Shown here in pieces: positions 23,600 through 39,831 of a stretch of 64,000 nt of DNA. The stretch is taken from contig RSEE01000120.1 of assembly GCA_003971905.1 (NCBI GenBank), positions 1 to 64,000 on the forward strand, written 5' to 3'. Source of the DNA: Moniliella sp. 'wahieum'. Its lineage: Eukaryota. The translations under genes and the position numbers were made by a program. Each line of letters starts with the position of its first letter. Position 1 is the stretch's first letter. Under the pieces are notes generated by a model, which saw only the letters and a program-made list of their open reading frames with translations, ran no database searches and was not told the origin of the DNA.

Positions 23600-26364
23600 A
23601 TGGGCCCCATGTCCAGCCCCCCTGCCAGCTCCAGCTTCGAATGCACCTCGATGGCTTTGACTGCACCGTCCCCGCGCCACCTCCCCCGCCGTCCTCTCCC
23701 CCTTCCCCCCCTTCCCCCCCACCCCGCCCCTCCCGCCCCGCCCCTCCTCCCTTCCATCTTGGCCAACCCAACCAGCGCCAAGCCCAGCACCCCTTCCACC
23801 ATCCAGTGCGTCCTCCCCCCCCACCCGCACCCCATGCTGACCCCCTCCCAGTCCCCGGTTCGATGAGCCACGGCGTCTTCGCTTCCAGTCTCGTCGGACA
23901 GTGAGCGAATACGCCGGATCGCCCTCAAACAGCTCTGATCCTCCCTTGCCCAGCGTCCCAGCTCGCTCCAGGTCCGGGCAGGGTGCGGGACGCAGAGGCC
24001 GCCCTGGGTCCTGCCCATTCCCCTGACCCCAAAGGTGGGTGGGGACGATGGGGTCAGGAGCGCCCGCGATTCGATTTGCCGATCGTCCTGCACTTCCCGA
24101 ACCCAATGGCCGCGTTCAGTTTGTTGCCCCGCCTACCTCCCGATCCCCGTCCCGCCCTGTCAGCCGCGACTCGATCCTCGACAGCACCTCACCCGCCCCA
24201 TCAGCACGCGGCGCCGCACACTTCAGTTCACCGACACCCCCCACGATCGCATCGAATGGCACGAACGCGGCCTGCGCCCTCACGACAGCACTTCGTCGGA
24301 GCGCCGCACCCACTCTACTGGCGATATTCGACCCCACGCCGCCGCCCCTCTCCTTCGCCCAGTTCCTCCTTGGGCGGCTCCCATTCAGCCGGATCCAGTC
24401 CTTGGGTCCGGCCTTCGTCGCGATGGAGGCTACGGTTCTGTCTGATTCGGATGCTGATGCCAACTGCGTCTTTATGGAGGCAATTGAGTCGCTCCAAGCG
24501 TTGGAAGAGAAGCAGAAACTGCAAGATCAACGCTTGCGGGCCTGGCGTGACCGTGCCGGCTCGGGTGGCAGTGAATTGCTCTTGGGTCGTCCCAGTGCAG
24601 GCGCCAACATGTCGTTGCGCCAGCAACGGGTCGGGTTGGAGGCGTTGATGCATGAAGTGGTCCAGCCGCAGAGGAACAGCGATTACCAAGCCCAGACCGA
24701 AAGTCTTCCCAGTGGCGATGCGCTCCCCTTCGATGGATCCAGCAGCGATGATCTGGTGTTGGACACCACGCGCCAAGCCGCGAGCGGAGACGAAGGCAGT
24801 GATCGTGAAGGTGGGCAAGGGAGTTCGTCTGGGTCGGATCATTCCCTGTCGCTCGCCCGTATCCGTTCTGCTGGCACTCCGCTCCCCGACCCCGCCCGAC
24901 TGGGATCAAGTGTGTCATTACCATCATCGTTGCCCGATCGATCACATCGCCGCTCATGGAATGCGCAGACCAGAGTTGATTTGGACCGTGCCGACTTTGG
25001 CAGAGCGAGAGCGCGGCGCTTGCCCTGCGCCGTACGACATCGGTACCGCCCAAGTTGGCGCTCGGAGGAGCGTCTGGACAGGCCATGGAACGGCCCACCC
25101 TCCTTCGCTTCATCTCGCCCCCGCACCCTCCGCACCCTCATAATTTGGCCTCCCCTGGTGCGGATCGACCTGGGATCCCTCCAGTTTCGGCCGCGCCTTT
25201 TGTCAAGAGCCCTAGCCCCATCCCCAGTCCCCGCCGACCACGTTCGGAATCGGCTTGGCTACTGCCGATTCGCAGCAACCATCACCAAAACCAATCCTGC
25301 GGAAGAGCTGCGGATCGCGTCCGCCCTCGTCTTTGTCCGTGCGAGCAGGGAGTGGGCCCGTTCCACCCGCGCCCACGGCCTCCGCAGCGCCAAGCCACCA
25401 CCTTTCTCTCCTCGCCCTTCCTCGCACCCCAAGACCAAGACGTTGTGTCTCATCAACAGAGCCCGATCCCAGTGAGTCTTCCTCTTCTTGCTCCCCTTCC
25501 TCCTCTTCCCCTCTGGCGAGGAGGGGCCAGATTGCTCGGCGGATGACCAAGAGGGCACCTACAACCGTTTTGCCTGGTCTCCTCGCTTGGCCCGGGGGCT
25601 GCCCTCGTCGAGTGCCTTGCCTTCGCCGCGCTTGCCACGCGAGATGGGCCAGCATACCGATCGTTGTCCGCGTCCCGCTCGCCCTACTGGGATCCTTCGC
25701 ACCCGCCCCCTGCGTTCCACCGCTTCCCGCCTGTGCGGAATGAAGGGCAAGCCACCGGTTTCCAGACTCGGCTCCCGCACACCTCACCTCGCTCGGCATT
25801 GGCCTTGTCCTTGTCGGACGACAATGCCTCTTCATCCACCCTGCCTAGCCCCCGTTTCGCCCGCCTTACCCAATCACCTCCTCCGCGTTCGGGTTCACCC
25901 CACGTTACCACCTACCAACTGGGTCGTCAGCGCACTGCCCCCCCCGCTGCGCTCTTCGCCTCGCCGCGCGCGCTGCCTTCCCCCCATCCGCCCGCGCCCG
26001 CCCATCTGCCAGCGCGTATTCCTCCTCCTCTGCCTCCCCATCCCCACCTACCGCGTCCACATCCCGCTCGGCACCGTTGACCCCGCGCCTGTCTTCCGGG
26101 CTGGGGCTGGCGCCGCACTCGCCTCCTGCCTTGCCCTTGGTAGCTGCCACGCCGGTCCAAGCGACGGGCAAGTGTACTCGCCCACCAGTCCCTTTGGTGT
26201 GCCCATGCACCCCCGCCCGTCGATGGGGGAGGAAGGGTGGGAATGGGAGGACTGTTGTTCCTGCCCCCGTCGTACCTGTCCCAGCTGCTGCCACCCTCCT
26301 CTACCTCGTTGGCGGCCCTAGTTCCGCCCTGCCCGCCCCACGGCACGGCCCGTACCACACTTGA
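23600..26364 (+). CDS. Hypothetical low-complexity Pro/Ser-rich protein; frameshifted; limits uncertain
   Basis: Chain of long + strand ORFs (24039-25475, 25488-26321) with a short coiled-coil-like segment FMEAIESLQALEEKQKLQDQRLRAWRDR, followed by a pyrimidine-rich 3' region. No recognised domain. Confidence 0.45.
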
Positions 26365-27232
26365 CCCCCCCCCTATCCCCTATACCAGCGTTTCCTCTCT
26401 CGCACTTGCTCTCATCTTTTTGCCCTTGCTGCCTTGCCCCCTTGGCATTCTGTCCTTTGCTTGGGCTGTGCCCCCCCCCCCCCCCCCTTCCCCTATCCTC
26501 TCTGTATCTCATGCAACGCATACACCATCTTTACTCTTTTTTCTGTTCTTTCCGTTTTCGTTCCGTTTTGTTACGTCTTTGCTCATCTCTTTTCACTGTT
26601 GACTGGTTAGCGCTATAAGGACGGAACCGGTTGCGGCAGGACCCATGAGACGAAGCAGGGTACACGCTAACCGACCAAACCTCTGTCCTCATGCCCCCCC
26701 CCTGGCGGCCAACGAACACATAGCCCGTGCCCCCGCACCGCGTGGGGGATGCTCACGTGAGCGCCGAACAATCAGGACCTCCTACCGACACGAGACAAAC
26801 CGAGCGTCGCTCCTGCCCACCCGGGCCCGGAGGGACCCATTGGCTTGCAAGGCGGGCATACCACAGAATGGGGGGGGGTAAAGTAAAACAAGGTTAAACA
26901 AAGTAAAACCCAAGCCTCAAAAAGGACCAGAGAAAGATAGGAACAACAAAGCACCCCCCAAGTCCCACCAGCGAAGGGACCCGACCAAGAAAGGGGGAGG
27001 GGGGGAGGCGAGGGGGTATAAGAGTGACGTGCGGGGAATGAAGGAGGCAAGTGGGCTAGGGGGGCAAGGAGAGGGGAGGCATGGATGAACAGCAAAGAAT
27101 AGGGTCGGGGGAAGGGAAGTGCGGGAAGTGGGGAAGTGGGGGTGTGCGCGGTGGGAAGGGGGATCTAAGGCGCTCCGGTGGGTGCAGGCCCCGGGGTTGG
27201 ATGGGGCGAAGAGGGACGCGAGTTGGTGGTGG

Positions 27233-29596
<2,364 letters not shown>

Positions 29597-30160
29597 ACTC
29601 CGTCTGAGTACACTCGTCCTCAGTTGCTAGTTGCTAGTTGGTCCAGGCAGGCCAACGCATCCAGCAGCATCATGCATCAGCACCCTCCATCACGCACCAG
29701 CAGGCATAAGCGAATAATCAGCAGCCCAGCACTCGGTCTGAGCACGCAGCCACTGCGCCTGCGCCCGCTGCGTGGCACGTGCCGCTGCCACGCACTGGCG
29801 CTGTGCGGCGTGTCTGGCGGTCGGAGCGGTGCCAAGCGCCCGGCCGCGAGCAGACGCAGCAGATGCACAGCGTGCGCTACAGTGCCCCGCCTCTTCGGCC
29901 GCGTGAGACACAACTGCTGTATCCGCAGCTGCCCCCGTGCCGCTGCGACGCGCTGCGGGCCGCCCACAGTGCCTGGGGCGCCTGGGGAGCTCCCGCACAC
30001 TGCCGCACCGCCGTCCGAGCATATCGGCCGCGGCGGCCAGCACGCACTCGCCCACTGCCCACCCACCACTCTCCCGCCCCGCCATCGACGGCACCCAGCC
30101 CCCTCCCAGCCAATATGCAATCCGACACATCACCTGCACCATCACACCCTGCAGCGCATA

Positions 30161-30249
30161 TCACATGTCACATGTCACCTGGGCTAGTCAACCTGAAGCT
30201 GGAATTGAACGTTCATCGCCATCGTTCATCGATCATCGATCATCGTTCA
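30161..30249. repeat. TNA-N4 heptamer cluster upstream of SKY1
   Basis: TCA CATG TCA CATG TCA; TGA ACGT TCA; TCA TCGA TCA TCGA TCA TCGT TCA. Confidence 0.85.
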
Positions 30250-31869
30250 GTCCGTTCACGCGGTTGCGCCTTTTCGTTCGCACCCCGTCCGGGCACTTCA
30301 ACCATTCGCCTGGCGCACGACGGTCACACACGTGACGCTCCGGCCTCTTCTCTCGCATCTTGGAGCCGGCGGATTTACCCGCTGTTCATTCCTTTCGGCT
30401 CCACAAGACAAAAGCTGCCCCTTCTCTCCGCTTTGACCGCTGCAGCATTGCCACTGGTATTCTCAGTTCACGCGCCCGCACTCTCAGAGGCATATCCCCA
30501 GCCCTCTAGTCCCTCCATACCGGCCGGCAGAACTCTTCAAGCTTAATTCACGACACAAACTAAGTAGGCGTTTCAACAAACGGTAGATGTGGGATTGAAG
30601 GGTGTCATTATGTCGGCGGCAAGTATAGTTGAGGCGTGCGACGGACGTAATGCGTATTGAGATCTGAGATGTGGTTGAGACAGCTCCTGCATATTGCATG
30701 CTCATGCGCTTCACGCATCTAATCCATCCTTCCATAACTATCCGCCGGTACTATGAATGTCTATACATCATCACACGCCCCCCACTCCCACCCTGATTCT
30801 TCATCCAATTCTACAAGTTGCCCCTTCAGACCACGCCTATCGCAGTTCCAACGATGGCTGTCTATGTTTCCTCAACACCATTATTCTGGATCTATTGTTG
30901 CTACCGCTGCCAAGAGGCTACCAAAGAGATGGACCAAGATTGCCCGTATAATGGGACCACTGGTTTTCAGCCACATAAAAGGCTTACAATTGCCAAGTAT
31001 GAAGCACTCCCAGCCAGGTCTGAGAGCTGAGACCTTCCTTCTGGTATGTTCATCCTCTGCATCTCATCCTGGCTATGTAGATACTGCCTGCTTCTGTGGA
31101 ACCTCGACTGGGGTGCAGCGTGCCCCTTTTACTCGAACCCGATGCATTTCCCCGTCGCCACTCGTCCGCCACTTTCTTCCCCGCCCCCAGTCAATCGCTC
31201 ACCTGTCGTGACGTCTCTGCATGGCCGCTTTTCAACGCTCACACTTGGTTACTGTCATCTCTCTTGCATCTCATCTGGCTGTGGGGTCATTGCCGCCTTT
31301 TTTTGCGCCTCGCGTTGAAGAGCCTATGCTGATCACTTCACCAGTCGAAAAGGAACGCGGGGACAGCATGGAATTTTGGACGCAGTGGCTATACCACTGT
31401 TCCGAGAACAGTATCTCTCTTGGTTGGCCCACAACGAGTGTTGCCATGCGAACGAAATGCCGGCTACGGAAACATTTTCAATATCCCTAACCAGGAGAGC
31501 GGGATAACAGACTAGGGCACGGTGGATTATGGTGGAAGGTGGGACAGGCAGGCCCGGGCGAAGCAGTGGCGGCACAGTGGCGAATGAAAAAGCCCCAGTG
31601 GCATTGTGGCGCCTGTGCCGCCGTGGGTTTGAAATGTGCAATCCGCCCATGGACTGCTGGCCTGGCAGACGCCGCGGAACTGGCGCTTCCGCCTCCCGAA
31701 GGATGGACTAAAGATGGATTGAGGCCAGGGCAGCGCTAAAGTTGGTTACATTGCTCTTTCGCTTGTTCTCTCTATTGCTGCTGTCTTTGGACGCCGACGC
31801 TGGCCCTGACGCTGGCCCTGACTGACGCTGGCCTTGACGCTGGCCCTGACGCTGACGCCGACGCGGACG

Positions 31870-34611
31870 ATGCTGGCAGTGCGGCTGGTGGCGTTGCGGC
31901 TGGCCTCCCGCCCAAGGCCTCGCCCCGCTCGCCGTATAGCCCCGTTCTTCCCTTACCCCCTCCCGCGGGCCTGCTTCAGCACCCAGCCCACGCCCCCCCC
32001 CCAATCCGCCCATCCCGATACCAACCCCGGTCCCGGTCCCTCTGAGGACCTCGACGACAACTACGGGCCCCGCATACGCACGCGCCCGGCTCGCGTCAAC
32101 TCAATAATTCCCCTCCATGCGCCTGAGCGCCCACGCGCGCAGACGCCAAGTCCTCCTCCCTCGGCATTTCCCCGCACGACGCCCCCACCAGAACTATCGT
32201 TCGAGGTCTATGCCCCCGATGCCCCCGAGGTTCTCGCCCGCCCCGACTTACTTCCCACCAAGGAGAACCCCATCCCCTTTTGGTTTACTGCCCCCGCCCT
32301 GGATGCAGCCGAGGAAAAAAGGCTTCCTCGGCCGCTGCCGCGGCCGCCGCCTTGGCTGCTGCCCAGCCGCCTCGAAGCCAGTCCATCTACCCCAACTCGG
32401 TTGCTGCCGAATCGTTGCTCGCTCGCCTGGCATAACCTTTTTTCCACCCGTCTCATCGGATTACCCGAGAGGAAACACGCCCAGCCGAGGCCAATCTTGT
32501 TCGACACGGTGATGCCAGGACTGGCAGAAGACTCCTTGGCATTGACCAGCTCGATCGGACCAATGGGGACGAGGGTCGGAGCAACCGGACCCCTTCGGAC
32601 TTGAGGATATGGATATGGAGCCCTTCACTGAGGGGGAAATTGACCCAAAATCCAACTTGGCCTCTACCTTGGCCAATTGGCGCCCCGCGCAGCGAGGGAT
32701 TATGAGGTGTATGACCTCATGTCCACCATCATCACCGAGTCGCAGGCGCTTAACTTCTGGAACGTCTCACACGCTCACCAATTACTCAAGGCCAACATTG
32801 TGCAACGACGCAATCGACGAGCCAAGCAGCTCGGCGTGCGGCCCGAGAAGGTATCCGTTCGGGATCTTGGAATTCGGTTCCCTCCAAAATTGTTCAAAGC
32901 TTGTTACTTATCATCTCCTTTCAGGTACCTCGGATGAGGCCAAAGATGTCCTGCGTGATATGCGTATGTGGAACTTTGAGCCTGACTTGCTCGACTTGAA
33001 TGCTTTACTCCGAGTTGCCGCGCGTGATGGGAATGTGTTCATGGCGATTGAAGTGCTGGAGCAGATGGCTCGGTTGCCAGTCAATGAACAAGCAAAAAAC
33101 CCGCGCTTAAAAGACGGGATGTACGGATTGTTTCACTCTTCCTACGTCCGCAACTGGACCCCTCTGACACTCAACTCGCTCTTCTTCCTGTGCAAAAACA
33201 GACATGTCGAACAAGCCTTAGCCCTCGTCGGATTGGCTACAACCTTGCTCGTGCAGATGATGGTGAATTCCCCCCGCGATTGGCAGGTGGATTCCTGCCG
33301 CTATTCGCATGGAGTTGTTACAGCTCTTATTTCGAGGACATCAGCCAGGCATTGCGTACGACGTACTCAAAATTATTCTTGCCGCCGAGGGAGATCAGCG
33401 GTGGAAAGGGGACATGGGTCGAGCTGCTGAGCAGTTTACAGACCAGTGTTTTGTATGTGCCCAAATCTCATATCCTTGCTTTGAAGTGTGTATCACTGAC
33501 ATACCTGGACACACAGATACCCGGAATCTCGCTTACCTGGAAAAAGATGGCCGCCTACGGCATTGACCCCGGGGAGGCACTATCGATCAGCATTCTTGAG
33601 GCCAGCTCCCGTTGTGGAGAAATTCAATGTCTGAACGTGCATTTGTGCACCTGACCAGGATACTTCCGGTCGCATTCCCGTCCTACGCGAGTGGCACGGG
33701 GCCCTCTTATTGAGGCTTACCTTCGGGCGGGGATGTGGGAAAATGCGTTTCTCACATGTGCCATGGGTTGCCATGCAGGGCTGGACGCCTCCGAAACCAC
33801 GCAGCAGTTGATCCAGGCATGGTGAGCGCTTTGGGAAACACGCTCGACGCAACATTTATCCCCACATGTCCGTCAAATGCGAGCCGGCTTGCTCTCCGAG
33901 AAAAGCGCATCGATGACGCTGTCGCCGCTATGATTGAGGTGGGGAAGTACCCTTCCCCCAAGGGTGGACTGGACGTGCGGGTGTGGACGGGATTCTCTCG
34001 TGTTTTTCATATTCGCTCACCCCCTTGCGCGGGCTCGAGGTGATACAACAGGTCAAACGGTTGTACATGGCCCAACCTATGAGCACCACCAAGCACCTAA
34101 AATCTCCGGCCAAGTTCCAGCCGCCCATATCTAGCTACAACACGGCCCTCATCGCACTCGTCAATATTTCTGACCAGGCTCGCGCCGATCGCCTTCTAGC
34201 CGAGACACTTGAAGGTGGTTCTCATGGAAGCCTGGTAAGCAGTTCCCCTACTGGTCCGGCAACTCGGGCTCGACCACCTGGAACGCGATCACATACGAGC
34301 GTCTCATTCACCTTGCCCTTCGGCAAGACAACACGCAGCGGGCCATGTTCCTGTACCGTGCTGCTCGAAAACATGATGTGCCTGTCACATACGCCACATA
34401 TCTTTCCCTCGCAATGTACATGCAACAACGGCATGGCACCGGTTGGCACCAATTGCTGGCCAAGATGAGGGAGCGTGGCATGCCTTGTCCACGAATGAGC
34501 TACTTGGCTCCATTTGGACTCACCCCGGAACGCTGGGCTCAGCTGGGTCGCCGAAGGCGCAATCCCGTCCAACCAGATGCAAACGAAGCGCGCAGTGACG
34601 AACTCTATTAA
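31870..34611 (+). CDS. Probable mitochondrial pentatricopeptide-repeat (PPR) protein; frameshifted
   Basis: Arg-rich presequence-like MLAVRLVALRLASRPRPRPARR; PPR-like units DEAKDVLRDMRMWNFEPDLLDLNALLRVAARDGNVFMAIEVLEQM, WKKMAAYGIDP, PPISSYNTALIAL, LLAKMRERGMP. Confidence 0.65.
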
Positions 34612-34828
34612 GCCTACTTGCCATCATACCGAGTTTCTATCATGCCCACACTCCACTTGCTCACATCGCTCTTTTCCCCCTCATTACATGCATGTTACAC
34701 CGCGTGCCCTATAAGGTCGCGGCTGTTGTCCCGGGTGTCTGTCTATAGGGCGCAGCTGGGCAAACAAGGGAAGGCGTTCTCGTGGATTAGATTGGTCACA
34801 CCTGAGGCGACGACGTTATTTCTTTTTT

Positions 34829-37800
34829 TCATTCTATCGCCATGAGCTTGACCATTGACGCTTCCACCCCCCCGACAGTTCTCCAAGACCATCTGGCATA
34901 CCAGCGGGTCAACCTCGGGGAACATGGAAGCCAAGGTTGCCACTTTGGCTTGTTCCCGTTCGTGCTCTTGCGCCTGCGATTCAGCCCGGGCGTCCGACGC
35001 GCTTGCCCACGCAGCCGCTGCCTCATCGTCGGCCGGAGCCAGACACAAGTCGAGGGCAGACGAGGCGAGGTGGCGTTCGGGTGCGGACGAGGTGGGTTCC
35101 TGTTCGGGGGCTGCATCTGCCGACCCTGACGCGACCGACGCGGCCCGAGTCGATGCGTTCAAGGTAGGTTCGGGACTGGTGATGCGTTCCATAGCCGAGC
35201 GCGCCCAGTTGGGCAGCGGCAGTTTCAAACTCGAAGCTTGCCCGCCTGTATCTGATGCGGCAAAGTAAGCATCATGCGGACCTGGCGACGTAGGCTCGGA
35301 ACCGGATGCGCCGTCGGCAAAGAGCGAAAGAGGCGGCTTCGTGTGGTTGGCGGCGTCAAAGGTGTGGACGGCCTCGCAGCCTCCACACCTGTCGCGTTAT
35401 CGCTGACGCGCCGTGGCCAAAGTGGGGAAGGCACCCGCTTGGATTGAGGTGTGCACAGGACCACCGGCCCAGGCTCAGGACGCGAGTGCGGGGCAGTGGA
35501 TCGATCGAGGTTCCACTGGCCACTGGGTCTGTCGGATGCGAGGTGGATGGCAATGGATCTGACGAAACCCCTTTCGCCGCATCATCGTTTGTACCTTCTT
35601 TTGTCTCCTCTTTCGACTTGTCATTCGCCGACTCCCGCTGTTTCGCCTCTGGCATGCCTTCTCCTTGATGTTGGGCCCCTCCTTGGGCTCCGGTTGGAGT
35701 GCCTCCTTGGATTTCTCCTTGGACTCCTCCTTTCCATGCTCCTTTGCCTCCGGCTGGGGCTCAAGAATGGCAGATCGGACCACAGTCGCCCGAGAACGCC
35801 GATGGGCCGGGCCATGCCAAGACGGGCAGCCTCCCCTGTGCGCTGGAAGAATTGTCTTGTCTCTTCGGTCAAAGAGGGGATACTCTCACCATGCGTGTCG
35901 GTTCCCCCGCGAGAGATGCCGTGTAGAGGTCTGGGCAACAGGAGATGAGCGAACATGGGAAGGCGATGCCTCTGAAATAGCAGCCGGAGAGGGGTCGGTT
36001 GGGTGGGGGGTTGGGGCAAGGGGTGCCGGAGAAGGATGGGGCGAGGTAGTTGAGAAAGTTTGGGCGGTAGGTGCCTTGGGTGAGGGGTGTTTGGAATCGT
36101 CTCTGCTGGTACGGAGGAGGAAGGACGAGCTGGTTCTGTTTCGGACGAAAGTTTGGCTGCCGCAGCCTCGACTTGACGCTCAAACTCTTCGGGGGGATGT
36201 TAGAGAGAGAAGAGTAGTCCATCTGTTCAATAACCCAATGGCCCCTTGAATTGAAGAGAGGTAGTACCCGGATTCCGACGCGAGACGCTCGGAGGAGCGG
36301 AAGTGGGCAATGTACTCGACGTTCGAGACAAGGTGTGGGCACTGTGCCCGCAATACTACCAAGATAAGCAACGGCAGAAAGGTGTCCGCCCCGGCTTCTT
36401 TGGGCTTGAGGTGTCGGATGAGGCCAAAGATGACCTTGCAGACATTCATGAGACAAATCAACTTGTCCCTCGGCGCTTTAAATTGGTTGATCTTGAGCAA
36501 TTCCCGTACAGCAAACTTGACGAATCCAGGTGACTGGGCCACCAAGGGAACGTCTAGGTGTGACTCCTGGACCCAGCCAAACAAACGCACTTTTTGGTCC
36601 AGCACCGCATCCCGCTCTAGGTCGTCCGTCTGTACAGGCCATCGTCCCGCTTCAGCGACAGCAGGTGAAAACGTCAAATGATACAGGCGGTTCATGATCA
36701 ACTTCTCCATCGCCTCCTTCGTATTACTAAACTCAGCAGATGTCTGCCGAGACCAAGGCAGCGTCCTTGCCATGAGATCATCAATGAAGAACAAAAAACG
36801 GCGGATCAGTTGCACCTGTTCCGGCAGCCGATGCGGGCGACGACCAAACGTACGTAAAAAGCTAGATGCGGAGATGTCAGTATCCGATTCGCTTCTCGAC
36901 GAAGGCGTAACGCGTAACCAAGTGGAAGAAGCACTCACCTCCGCACATGATCTCCTACGGGGGCGGCGCTCGGGAGCTTCATTTGTTCAAGGAACAAATT
37001 AAGTCGAACGGGATTTCCTCGGGCCGGTTTACGGGCGAAGGAGTGCGAGGAGCATTGGCTTCCGAAGGCTTGAGTTGACTGGGGTAGGAAGAGGCATGAG
37101 GAGTGTGGGGTTGTTGGACCTCGGAAGGAGGACGAATGGGGGGGGGTGAGTTGCCTGCGATCACGGGTCGCGGCCGTACTACCGCGGGCATCGATTGATG
37201 TCGTTCTCTTGGCGTTGGGGACGGTGCCCGCATAGCCGAGAGGGAGGAACGGACACCGGAGGTTCCCGAAGGCAAGAGACGAGCCAAGGTCGAGAAAGGC
37301 GATTTGGGGCGCGATTTGGGGGGTGCAGAGGGCGGTGTGGGTTCACCCAAAAGGGTAGGCGCGGTGGGAGGTAACTTGGGCTCTTTGGTAGCGTCTTTCT
37401 CGCCCACAGCCGTGATCTTGTCAGGAACACAGGCGCGTGAAGAAAAGCGGTCGTAATGTCAGCCTCAGAGCCAGGGTGGGGCAATGAAGCTGTTGATGGG
37501 CCTTGCTCTTCGGGGTGCTGGACAATCGCTGGTCTTGACAGGCAGGGGGCGGGTTTGGGCTCAGCACGGGTCGAAGCGGAATCCGGGAGCCCACCAGCCG
37601 GCGGGGTGCCCGTGGCTGTTCCGGACCGCGCCGACCAGCAGAGTCCTGTGGATCTGGAGAGACAGCATGGGTCTGATCGAGTACTAGTGGCTCTCCAACA
37701 TGGGATAGCTTGGCGTGCGGGCTTTGCGTGGTGACCGAATCAGCCGCGAGGGATAGCTCGAGAGGGCTGACCTCCGCCGTGGCACAGCCACGCACGGCCG

Positions 37801-38061
37801 TAGTGGTAGGACCCAAATCGGGCGACTTCGCGCGGTGGTGGGGGCGCGGGGTGTGGACTGGGGCATGAGCGAGAGCGGCGGCGTAACCAGCAGCGCGCAG
37901 ACGATCACGCTCGCGTCCGGCAGCGGATGGTGGGCCGTCGTCGCCTTCGTCCGGCGCCACTTCATCCACATTTTGCCCCCGTCAGAGGCGGCAGGCACGA
38001 GGCATGGGGGCAGTGTGCGGAAAGCGCTGCTCGTCCGCCCTCGTGCCACAGCCGCTGCCAT
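34829..38061 (-). CDS. VPS9: Vps9 Rab5 GEF (VPS9 domain + C-terminal CUE domain); frameshifted; start uncertain
   Basis: EAMEKLIMNRLYHLTFSP, DDLERD, ELLKINQFKAPRDKLICLMN, GADTFLPLLILVVL, LVSNVEYI, SESGYYLSS; CUE VATLASMFPEVDPLVCQMVLE. Confidence 0.9.
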
Positions 38062-38151
38062 TTGGACGCGGCGAGGCAATCACCGCCCGCCCGCCTCGGT
38101 CGCCACCACCTCCTCTTCCACACTCTCGCCCTCCTCTTCTGGTGTCTGAAG

Positions 38152-38856
38152 ATGAACCGCCTTTCGGCTCGCGCCAGGCGGCCAACAAGCCCAGTCTTCA
38201 AAGTGCCATCGTTTCGACCGAGCAGCGCGGAGGGAGTGGAAGTCAAGCTGCGCAAGCTTGATGGCGAGCTGTCTCGCTACAGGGACCAGCTCAACAAGAT
38301 GCGCGATGGCCCCGGCAAGCAGTCAGTGCAGCGCCGTGCGATGGGCGTGCTCAAACAGAAGCGCATGTATGAAGCGCAGCTTGTCCAGCTCCAGCAGCAA
38401 GCCTTCAACATGGAGCAAGCTACGATGACAACCGAGAACTTGCGCAACACCATGGCCACTGTCGACGCGATGAAGACAGCCAACACGGAGATGAAGCGCG
38501 CCTATGGAAAGGTCGATGTGAACCAGATCGAGCGGTTGCAAGACGAAATGGAGGACCTGATGGATGCGGCCAACGAGGTACAAGAGAGCCTCGGCCGGAC
38601 CTACGGCGTGCCAGATGAGATTGACGAGGACGGCCTGGCAGCCGAGCTGGACGCTCTGTATGTATAGTTTCTCTGCATTGCGGAACGCGTAGCGTTTGCT
38701 GACCAAGATGGGGACCAGGGAAAATGATCTGGAGGCGGAAGAGCTCGAGACGCCATCTTATCTGCAAGAGACTAATCCTGCGCTGCCTGACTTTGTGGAC
38801 GAGCCGCCTGTTCTGAGGCTGCGGATCATGCGCAGCAGAAGGAGGCGGCGGTGTAG
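38152..38856 (+). CDS. VPS60: ESCRT-III Vps60/CHMP5 (Snf7 family); intron 38658-38718
   Basis: MNRL(F)G, KMRDGPGKQSVQRRAMGVLKQKRMYEAQ, FNMEQA, IERLQDEMEDLM, YGVPDEIDE, ETPSYL. Confidence 0.93.
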
Positions 38857-39268
38857 GCGGAGCAGGCCATGCTCGTGATATGTGAATTCGCGTGTTCTCT
38901 GGAGGCTTGCCGCGGGGAGGCGGCGTGGGCGTGGGCGTGGGCGTGAGCCCAATGTAGCACAGCTCTGGCTTGGCCCCTAACCCGCCCAGCCGCGTAGGCG
39001 CATAGTCGCGTAGGCTAGACTCGCGAGCCGCTGCAAATCGCCCGCCCCCAATTCCGCTGCGGCGGAATACCCCCCGAAGGCTGGGCATGGCCAGCCGGCC
39101 AAGGCCACGAGCACGCGACGGGCACCCATCGCATCACCCACCTTCTCCGCGTCGCTGCTGCTGCACACCCCCTTCCCGACGGCGCGAGCACAGCGCTCAA
39201 CCTCCCGTTTGTCCCACCACACACGCTCGGTGTAGGCGCTGAACCCGCCAGAGGTGCTGTGGCCCAGG

Positions 39269-39831
39269 ATGTTTTTCCTCAAGGACCTGACCCACACCAT
39301 CAACCTCCACCCCTCGTTCTTTGGCCCAGCCATGGTCAAATTCCTCGAGGCCAAGCTCCGGGATGACGTTGAGGGGACGTGCACAGGGCGGTACGGGTAC
39401 ATCATCTCCGTTATCCGTGTCACCTCCATTGGCGACGGCACCGTCCTGCCCGGCTCGGGCCTGGCCGAGTTCAAGTCGACGTACAGTGCCATTGTCATGA
39501 AGCCCTTCAAAGGAGAGGTTGTCGATGCCATGGTCACCTCGGTCAACAAGATGGGATTCTTTGCTTCGGTGGGCCCGATGAATATCTTTGTCTCCACTCA
39601 TCTTCTCCCGGTGGAGTACAAGTTCCTCAAAATTCTAACCCACCCGAATTTGCTTCAACCGAGGCTTCCATCACCCCCGGCTCAAAGGTCCGCCTGCGCA
39701 TTCTCGGTCTTCGGCAGAAGCGAGTGAAATTGTACGTGTCCCATCCTACTTGACGTGCTCCTCTCACAACTTCCTTGCGTCAGTTCGCCATTGGAACGAT
39801 GAAGGAGGACTTTTTGGGACCAACGGAGTAA
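39269..39831 (+). CDS. RPB7: RNA polymerase II subunit Rpb7; intron 39732-39783; frameshifted
   Basis: [73 protein letters not shown]. Confidence 0.96.

Noticed and set aside
23660..23850. C-run-rich tract with G-quadruplex/i-motif potential
   Set aside because: Explained by Pro-rich coding or leader sequence; similar tracts are common throughout this GC-rich window.
30484..31750. Short ORFs between SKY1 and the PPR gene
   Set aside because: No consistent strand, motif or splice structure that I can support as a gene.
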